Below are positions 57,071-64,000 of a stretch of DNA of 64,000 nucleotides, piece after piece; within the stretch, counting starts at the first letter, position 1; every line of letters begins with the position of its first letter. Below the pieces are notes generated by a model. It did not search any database, was not told where the DNA came from, and saw only the letters and a list, made by a program, of their open reading frames with translations. The DNA is from a virus, in the IMG/VR virus record IMGVR_UViG_3300009503_000019, positions 32,001 to 96,000 of that record; one strand, written 5' to 3'. The position numbers were made by a program, and so were the translations under genes.

Positions 57071-57405
57071 GATTTACCCTCCTTCAATATTTTTTTAATG
57101 TAATCATGCATTAATTCTATTCCCTTGTCTGGATTACTTTTATATTCATCTATTAGAAGTTTGATTATTGCTTTTTCATTATTGATATTTATTTTTCTAT
57201 GAAATAACTCTTCTTCTTGAGGGATAACTTCTAATTTTCCATTATTCAATTTGATTTCATAAGATTTATTAATGAGCTTAAAAGGGCACTTTCCCAATGA
57301 GATATTAACTTTTTTATATTTTGCAATTTCCAACATTAGTTCTGTAACCAGCCGTAATTCTTTTAGTTTCAATCTATAGTATTTTTTCAATAATGTTTTA
57401 ATCAT
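57067..57405 (-). CDS. Hypothetical protein
   Basis: Coupled ORF. Confidence 0.5.
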   Translation of the reverse strand: MIKTLLKKYYRLKLKELRLVTELMLEIAKYKKVNISLGKCPFKLINKSYEIKLNNGKLEVIPQEEELFHRKININNEKAIIKLLIDEYKSNPDKGIELMHDYIKKILKEGKS

Positions 57406-57557
57406 TTTTTGCCTTTAAGTTTTGTTTCTAATATTTCAGTGAGCCATCTTGCAAAAGATTGGTAATTTTTTGCAGCTGCCTCTTTAGCTTGTTGATACAA
57501 GTCAGAAGCCAGCCATACGGATACCTTCACTTTTTGTTTCTTTTTGTTTTTATTCAT
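57402..57557 (-). CDS. Ribbon-helix-helix DNA-binding protein (51 aa, not in ORF track)
   Basis: MNKNKKKQKVKVSVWLASDLYQQAKEAAAKNYQSFARWLTEILE; GGAGG RBS; ATGA coupling on both sides. Confidence 0.65.
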   Translation of the reverse strand: MNKNKKKQKVKVSVWLASDLYQQAKEAAAKNYQSFARWLTEILETKLKGKK

Positions 57558-58399
57558 TTTGCACCTCCATAAAATATTTTTATTAATTCCCTAAAATTCT
57601 TAGGGATATCTATCCATTCATCAGGATCTCTATCTATTTTTAATGATACTATTTCAAATTTATATTTTAGTTTGTCCTCTAATTCAGTTTGTATTTTTTG
57701 CCCTGCATTGTCATTATCAAACATTAAAATTATTCTTTTAGGACAATTCCTAATTAAAGTTAAATTTTTTGTTTTTGGCCAATATGTGCCAAAAGAGCAT
57801 ATAGCTGGAAATCCGTTATCTGCCAGTTTTAACATATCAAATAATCCTTCTACTAATATTATTGTTTTTGACTTTACATAGAATGGATATAAATATTGAG
57901 AAAAATGTTTATTATTTATTGTTTTTTCTTTAGAAAATATCCAACTATGAGGGTATCTTATTGCATACCCAACTAATTTGTTACCAAATAGTATTGGGAA
58001 ATAGATATTTCCTGAATATGTTAACTTTATTCCAAATTGTTTTAATGTCTTTGGAGAAATACCTCTTATTGGAAAATTTATTTCTTTCAATCCTTCAGGT
58101 GGGGATATTTCTTTTAATTCAAAATCTTTTACTAATAATAAATCTTTATTATAAGGAGTTAATGGTTCAGGAGTTTTTGAATAATTTGTATATTTTAATT
58201 TGAATAAATCATTTATCTTTCCATGTATATTACAACCGAAACAATGATAATGCCCATTACGATAAATAAACATTGAAGGAACAGTATCTACATGGTTTGG
58301 ATTTAAACATCTCAATCTTATATAACTCCTATCTCCATTCACTTTGTATTCTATATTATGTTCTTCCAAATATTCTATTATTGTTTCTAACCTATCCAT
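57554..58399 (-). CDS. dnaG: DNA primase (Zn finger + TOPRIM)
   Basis: CLNPNH...HCFGC, LVEGLFD, FDNDNAG, DPDE. Confidence 0.9.
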   Translation of the reverse strand: MDRLETIIEYLEEHNIEYKVNGDRSYIRLRCLNPNHVDTVPSMFIYRNGHYHCFGCNIHGKINDLFKLKYTNYSKTPEPLTPYNKDLLLVKDFELKEISPPEGLKEINFPIRGISPKTLKQFGIKLTYSGNIYFPILFGNKLVGYAIRYPHSWIFSKEKTINNKHFSQYLYPFYVKSKTIILVEGLFDMLKLADNGFPAICSFGTYWPKTKNLTLIRNCPKRIILMFDNDNAGQKIQTELEDKLKYKFEIVSLKIDRDPDEWIDIPKNFRELIKIFYGGAK

Positions 58400-59765
58400 T
58401 TTTAATAATTACTTTATGATGTAAGAAATCAGCTTCCATAACCATATGTTTAATTGGTGCAATGTTACGTGATTTGATTGTATAGAATTTGAAAATTCTG
58501 ATATCTGGTATAACATCTTCTTCCTCAGGAGTTAATTCTGGTTTCCATGAGAATGCAATATCACATGCTTCAGTTATAGCACGAGAATATCTTGTATCTT
58601 GCATTTTTTCATCCAATTGTGCCGCAGTTACAACTGGTATTTCAAGATTCTTTGCCGCCATTTTTAGAGTTTCTGCTACATTTTTTAATTTTTCCCAATA
58701 AGGTAAACTTTCCTGAAAAGGTATATACAAAAAATCTAAATAATCAATATATAAGATGTCACATTTTTTCTCTTTTTTGAGTGAATTTGCTTTGTCAATT
58801 AATTCATTAACACTTAACTTATTCTGCCAGGTAGGAATCTCAAGAACATTTTGCCTGAAATATTTTTTTTGAAAAATTTTTTTTAAGGTTTCACTAAAAT
58901 CTTTGAATGATAATTCACACATTTTTTTAACATTTTTGTCATACCATTCAAAAATTTCTTGAGTATGCTTAGGAGTAAATACAAAAGAAATCAAAGATTT
59001 TTGAATTGTTATTTTGTCTTCAAGTGTTAAAGAGCCATTTCTCAATTTACCTACTGGAATTCCAGATATTGAAGATAATAAACGACCAATCCATTCACGT
59101 TCTGATAATTCGAGATTTACATAAACTGGGGAATATCCCATTAAATAATTATTAATAGCTAAATTCTGCATTAATGTTGATTTTCCCGTACCTTTTACGG
59201 CCGCTAAAACTACAAATTCATGTTTGGAAAATCCATTTATTTTTTCATCTAAATCTTTAAAACCAGTAGGAACACAAAATTTTGTGTCACGAAGTTGTTC
59301 ATCTACTCTTTCTAAATTAAGATCTTTACCTAACGATGTTGATGTCAATTCTGGAGTATACAAATGGATATCTGATGCAGAAGTTAAAAATAATTCCTTT
59401 GCTTTTTTAATTTTATTATCACTTAGCAATTCGATCATTTTTTCTAATGTTTTTCTTAATTGAATTCCTTCATAATAATCGTTCAATTTTGCAATAATTG
59501 TGTTAAATTCTTCTTCCGATACTATTTCTTTTTCTAATGCATCAAAAAAGGCATTTAACTCATCAAGTTTTATGTTACTTTCTGTTTCCAATATTGATTT
59601 CAATACTGATAATGAAGGCAATTTATTATTTGTAATCAAATACATTTTAGCTGTTTTATATACTTCATTTGCTATCTTGTCAGTGAACAAATGATGTTGT
59701 AGTTTAGAAAACAATTGTTCATTTGATAGTCCTAATTTGAGTGCAGCTATCTGCAGATACAACAT
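58392..59765 (-). CDS. dnaB: Replicative DnaB-like helicase
   Basis: AAVKGTGKS, NLELSE, YIDYL, AAQL, KSRN. Confidence 0.9.
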   Translation of the reverse strand: MLYLQIAALKLGLSNEQLFSKLQHHLFTDKIANEVYKTAKMYLITNNKLPSLSVLKSILETESNIKLDELNAFFDALEKEIVSEEEFNTIIAKLNDYYEGIQLRKTLEKMIELLSDNKIKKAKELFLTSASDIHLYTPELTSTSLGKDLNLERVDEQLRDTKFCVPTGFKDLDEKINGFSKHEFVVLAAVKGTGKSTLMQNLAINNYLMGYSPVYVNLELSEREWIGRLLSSISGIPVGKLRNGSLTLEDKITIQKSLISFVFTPKHTQEIFEWYDKNVKKMCELSFKDFSETLKKIFQKKYFRQNVLEIPTWQNKLSVNELIDKANSLKKEKKCDILYIDYLDFLYIPFQESLPYWEKLKNVAETLKMAAKNLEIPVVTAAQLDEKMQDTRYSRAITEACDIAFSWKPELTPEEEDVIPDIRIFKFYTIKSRNIAPIKHMVMEADFLHHKVIIKNG

Positions 59766-59992
59766 TTTTTCACCTCCTTTTCATTATGTATATCAATCTC
59801 TTTCATTCTCATTTTTAGCCTCCTTTAAGGAGGACAACAGTTGCAATATAATACAAGAGAAAACATTTGTCAAGAGGGCCTTGAAATTTACGCCTCAAAT
59901 TTCAATAAGTGAAAATATATTTTCACTGGTAATAAAAATAATTTAATTTTTGATTTGATTTATTTTTTTAAATATGATAATAGATAAATACA

Positions 59993-60460
59993 ATGATTGT
60001 AAGAATGGGAAAATTATTACGATTGCATAATTTAGTCAAAGATTCGCAATCTCAAAAAGTATGCGTTTTAGTAGTAGGAACAAAAAATCCGCAGAGTGAC
60101 CCAAATGATCCAAAAAGAACAGGTTTAGACAATCCTAGATTCTGGTATACTGTTAATTATGGTATTAGTGGAAATCCTCAGGGAAATGATGTTATTCAAA
60201 TAAAATTTGTATCAACAATGAATATGTATGGACTTAGGGGTCAAGGAGCATTTACAGGAACTATAGATGAAGCTGGACTTTATGCATACAATGAAGGTGA
60301 TTTTAGCGGAATAGATATTCCTAATACGCCAGTTTCACAATTTTTGAATTTATCCCCAACACCAGCACTTTTTGCATATTCTTTAATCAATCCTGCTATA
60401 TCTTGGAATTCATCGCAGAATATTGATATAACTTTTGAATGGATTATAGTTTCAGACTAG
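59993..60460 (+). CDS. Putative baseplate/tail structural protein
   Basis: TIDEAGL and ITFEWII motifs common in tail/baseplate proteins. Confidence 0.5.
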   Translation: MIVRMGKLLRLHNLVKDSQSQKVCVLVVGTKNPQSDPNDPKRTGLDNPRFWYTVNYGISGNPQGNDVIQIKFVSTMNMYGLRGQGAFTGTIDEAGLYAYNEGDFSGIDIPNTPVSQFLNLSPTPALFAYSLINPAISWNSSQNIDITFEWIIVSD

Positions 60461-60470
60461 GAGGTTAAAT

Positions 60471-61361
60471 ATGAGAAGAAGTGCAAAAGCAGGTTTACCA
60501 ATACCAACTGTAGGAGAGGATGTAGATTTATGGGGAGATTACCTTAGTACATCTTTAGATATGATAGATAATTTTTTAGGTGAAATTATCGATGCAAGAG
60601 GAGGATTTACTCAATTAAATGAGAGATTTAGTGCAATTGATACGAATATTAATTCTGCTATTGATGCAATAAATTTAGCATCACAAATAAGCGATTATAA
60701 TTTATTGACGACTTTATTTAGGCTTTTGGGGTATAAGAAGAATTGTGTAAATGAATATTTAGCAGGAAGTTCATTGACTTATGAAAATGGAATAATTAGT
60801 TTAAAACCTCCAGTAATTTTTAATGTAGAAACTGCAACAGGAATATATTTATATAAAACTGAAAAAGAATATAATTTAGCTGTTACTCCTGGCGGAATAC
60901 AAGCAATAAATTTAATTGTATCAGGTTCACAATCAAATCCAGAAATTACATTAGAATCACAAATTATTAGTGAAGATTTTATTCCGTATGAAGATGGAAA
61001 AGTAAGAATAGCATATCTTATTGAATCATCTTTTTATAAAATTCCTTCTAATTTGATCTGTACGTATGAACGAGATGATGTTATAAATTTAACTGGTAAT
61101 TTATTCAATCAATGGCAATATGTTCATCAATTAGGATATCAACCTAAGAGAATTGATATATTGGTAAAAGTGCAATCTGGTGATTCTGGACCTTCTGCAT
61201 GGATTAGACCTTCTTCAGATATAATGGTACCTGTTGTTAATATTCATACAATATCATTTTCCATTTTTCCTAAAGTTACAGGGAGTACTTATTATATTTA
61301 TTATGATGGAACTAATTATTATAATAAAATTCTTAAAGGAAAAATTGTAATAGAAGCATGA
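60471..61361 (+). CDS. Putative tail fibre/baseplate protein
   Basis: GLPIPTVGEDVDLWG...LDMIDNFL N-terminus typical of fibre attachment domains. Confidence 0.5.
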   Translation: MRRSAKAGLPIPTVGEDVDLWGDYLSTSLDMIDNFLGEIIDARGGFTQLNERFSAIDTNINSAIDAINLASQISDYNLLTTLFRLLGYKKNCVNEYLAGSSLTYENGIISLKPPVIFNVETATGIYLYKTEKEYNLAVTPGGIQAINLIVSGSQSNPEITLESQIISEDFIPYEDGKVRIAYLIESSFYKIPSNLICTYERDDVINLTGNLFNQWQYVHQLGYQPKRIDILVKVQSGDSGPSAWIRPSSDIMVPVVNIHTISFSIFPKVTGSTYYIYYDGTNYYNKILKGKIVIEA

Positions 61362-64000
61362 GAAAAATAATAGCAGATTTTTCTCCTAATACAGCGTCAA
61401 CTCTTAATGAAGTTCAAAAAATTTTATTGACTAATGGTTTAATTACTCAGCCAGTAATTTCGATGGGGCAAAATGACATTTATATTGGAAACTTTACATT
61501 TATGAATAATGGAATTATTATTGAATCTGATCCTACAACTATTCCAAAACCAAATTATCCAAAGTTTTATATTTATGCATATTCGGATGCTAATCCAAAT
61601 AGTTCAGTGAATTTTATCTGTACTGATAAAGATTATAAATTTTCTAATGAAGTTAAAGTTGCTTATTATGACGGATTGAATTTTCATGTTGAAGATACAA
61701 TTGATTTAAAAGATATAATTAAATATGTAAGAAATGTAGAAAAATATAGAGGATTTGTGTCGGATGAAGAGATTTATTATGATACATCTGCGCAAGAATT
61801 AATAATTCCTCCAGGAAAAATAATTTCAAGAATAGGAAACAAATCAATAAGCAATTATACATATGTCTCATTACCTTTGTCATATTTGTTTCTTACTGCA
61901 AGTAATAAAAATTCAAGATTATCAGTTAGATTATTCTATAATAAATTAGATAAGATTGATATTGAAGGAATTTACCATTCTCCTGAATTTCAATTAACTC
62001 AAGGATACGCGATAAGATCCGAATCAGTATCTTACACATTAACTGGCAAAAGTGAACCTGTTGATTTTAGAAAAGCTATTTTTCTTACAACATCTCAAGA
62101 TTGTGTAATTTACGATTCAATAGAAAATTCAGTAACTACTATAAGACCTTTGCCTGGTGAAATTCCGGATGATGTGAAATGTATATATAATGAAAGAGTA
62201 TTCTTTGTGAATTATGCTCAAAATTTAGTGAAGATCAAATCATATCCTCCTGATTTTTCTGAAAACAATAGTACATATTTAGAATTATCTACAACAGAAC
62301 AAATGCAATATTGTTTCATTAATCCTATTACTAAAATAATTTATTTGGCTAACCAATATGGCACTAAAATTTATTTATATAAAATTTCTTATGATGATAA
62401 TTATAGTATGAAATATCAGAAAAAAATAATTATCGATACCAATAAGACGATAACATCAATAAAAGGTGGATATAACGATAGAAAAATTATACTTTTTATT
62501 AAAGTATCAAATGAATTGATTCTTTATAAAATCGAAATAGATGAATTTGATAGTTGGAAAATAATTCCATTGATGCAAGTAGATACTTTTAATTATATAG
62601 TTAAAAATTCGCTTGATGGTGATCTTTATTGCTGTATTGTTCCTTATAAAACTAAAGATTTAATTGTTTTAAGAAATGATGAGTTATATATAAATGCGTG
62701 GGGAATTCTAGGAGCGGGTACTGGAGATATTATAGCACTCAATGGATTAGAAATAATAAACAATCACATATATTTGCGAGTTAATTATTCTAGTGGTCAA
62801 TTTTTGCACGAAATTATCAAGACTGACAAGAATCAAATTTATGAAGATCATATATCAAATCCTTCATGGTTAACGCGTTCAGGTGCAATGCTATTAACAT
62901 ATAATCCATCAACTATCTCTCAAATAATGCCAACTTATCATCGATATTTACCGCGCTACTATGAAGATAATATACTGGCAATAATATATCAAGATATTGG
63001 AAAATATGATTCAGCTATTAATTTCAATCCAGTTGTTAAAACAAACAGAATTAGTTCTGAAGACGATAATTTCTTCATAGGTAAAACTCAAAGTAAAAAT
63101 TTATGCTTAGATTTATCTTTAATTTTAGATGAATTGTATTCAAATTATCCTCAATCTAAAATAGATTTGAGAATATCAAATGGTATTTATATTGATAAAC
63201 AGATTATTTTGAGAGGAAATACTACTTTTGAAGGAACTTTTTATATAAATCAAGACAAAATTGGAAATTTAGATGTTTTTAATGCATATACTATTGGAAC
63301 TGCCCCTATATCAATAATTTCATTGCAAAATAATTATTATTATTTAGATGTAAACTTACCGTCGCAAACGGAAATAAATAAAATTGGGCCAAATGATTAT
63401 TTTTATGGATACAATTCTTCAGGAAATATTGTTGTAAAATATAAAATTATTGAACGTGTTTCTAAAAACAGATTTTTAGTTTTTAGAGAACTATATACGG
63501 GAGATCCATCTTCTTATAGATTGATTATTAAAAATATTAAATTCAAGAATTCAAAAATAATTTCAGCATTTACATCAACAACGTCTTGTAGATTTTGTAG
63601 TACCGATGTTGGTATAGAATTTATTAATTCTTTTATATCAAATAGTCTGATAAAAGGAAATGAAATAATAATTAAAGATTCTACTTCAGATCGAATTCAA
63701 ATTGATATTACTAAAACAGAAAGATTTGAAATGGAAAGTTCAAAAACTGTAAATACAATTACTCCATTGATTACAGGAAGTCCAATATATCCAATAACAA
63801 TAATTATGAAGAATAATGATTTATTTGCTTATAATACATATGATTCTGTTTTTAATAATTTCAATTTTGATAACTCAAATATCAAAAAAATAATTTTAGA
63901 AAACAACAATATTTCTGATGCAATCAATGATAATTTGTATACTTATATATTAAAACTTACTCCACAACGAGGAAATATAAGAGAAGGTTCTGTCCCAGCA
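61358..64000 (+). CDS. Large beta-rich tail/receptor-binding protein candidate (3'-truncated; absent from ORF track)
   Basis: ATG at 61358 overlaps the upstream stop; I read the frame as open to the window end (about 880 aa). Confidence 0.6.
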   Translation, partial: MRKIIADFSPNTASTLNEVQKILLTNGLITQPVISMGQNDIYIGNFTFMNNGIIIESDPTTIPKPNYPKFYIYAYSDANPNSSVNFICTDKDYKFSNEVKVAYYDGLNFHVEDTIDLKDIIKYVRNVEKYRGFVSDEEIYYDTSAQELIIPPGKIISRIGNKSISNYTYVSLPLSYLFLTASNKNSRLSVRLFYNKLDKIDIEGIYHSPEFQLTQGYAIRSESVSYTLTGKSEPVDFRKAIFLTTSQDCVIYDSIENSVTTIRPLPGEIPDDVKCIYNERVFFVNYAQNLVKIKSYPPDFSENNSTYLELSTTEQMQYCFINPITKIIYLANQYGTKIYLYKISYDDNYSMKYQKKIIIDTNKTITSIKGGYNDRKIILFIKVSNELILYKIEIDEFDSWKIIPLMQVDTFNYIVKNSLDGDLYCCIVPYKTKDLIVLRNDELYINAWGILGAGTGDIIALNGLEIINNHIYLRVNYSSGQFLHEIIKTDKNQIYEDHISNPSWLTRSGAMLLTYNPSTISQIMPTYHRYLPRYYEDNILAIIYQDIGKYDSAINFNPVVKTNRISSEDDNFFIGKTQSKNLCLDLSLILDELYSNYPQSKIDLRISNGIYIDKQIILRGNTTFEGTFYINQDKIGNLDVFNAYTIGTAPISIISLQNNYYYLDVNLPSQTEINKIGPNDYFYGYNSSGNIVVKYKIIERVSKNRFLVFRELYTGDPSSYRLIIKNIKFKNSKIISAFTSTTSCRFCSTDVGIEFINSFISNSLIKGNEIIIKDSTSDRIQIDITKTERFEMESSKTVNTITPLITGSPIYPITIIMKNNDLFAYNTYDSVFNNFNFDNSNIKKIILENNNISDAINDNLYTYILKLTPQRGNIREGSVPA

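Noticed and set aside
1-64000. Alternative genetic code (stop-codon reassignment)
   Set aside because: Long conserved genes are intact in the standard code, and TAA, TAG and TGA all terminate coupled genes.

Overview
AT-rich (roughly 28-30% GC, estimated by eye) segment of a large tailed dsDNA phage with a contractile tail. It is gene-dense and reads in the standard code. It encodes a fused beta/beta' multisubunit RNA polymerase with an intein at the catalytic NADFDGD motif, so it resembles the described lineage of multisubunit-RNAP-encoding Caudoviricetes. Morphogenesis genes: portal C-terminus, terminase, prohead protease, capsid, neck, sheath, tube, spike and tail proteins. Replication/repair genes: DnaB, primase, UDG-PolA fusion, SSB-like, SNF2, RecA-like, Hjc-like, RNase HII and a LigD-PE/ligase fusion. 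Also present are an amidase lysis cassette, tRNA-Leu(UAA) and auxiliary enzymes (PdaD, PurD-like ATP-grasp, radical SAM, DNA MTase). Two candidate undescribed systems stand out. (1) A tightly coupled six-gene operon: compact RT with a YIDN (not YxDD) motif, pro-ubiquitin-like protein, small ORF, E2-like, E1/ThiF and Cas4-like nuclease (2985-6477). (2) At least a dozen small proteins carrying one of two conserved N-terminal leaders ending in K-x-A, mostly followed by variable basic/glycine-zipper cargo, clustered behind the prohead protease; the same K-x-A motif occurs in the capsid N-terminus. This suggests leader-directed capsid loading and proteolytic release of cargo. Two GC-rich, structured, promoter-associated intergenic islands flanking an ASCH-like gene are candidate small RNAs. 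All family calls come from motif recognition, not from database searches.
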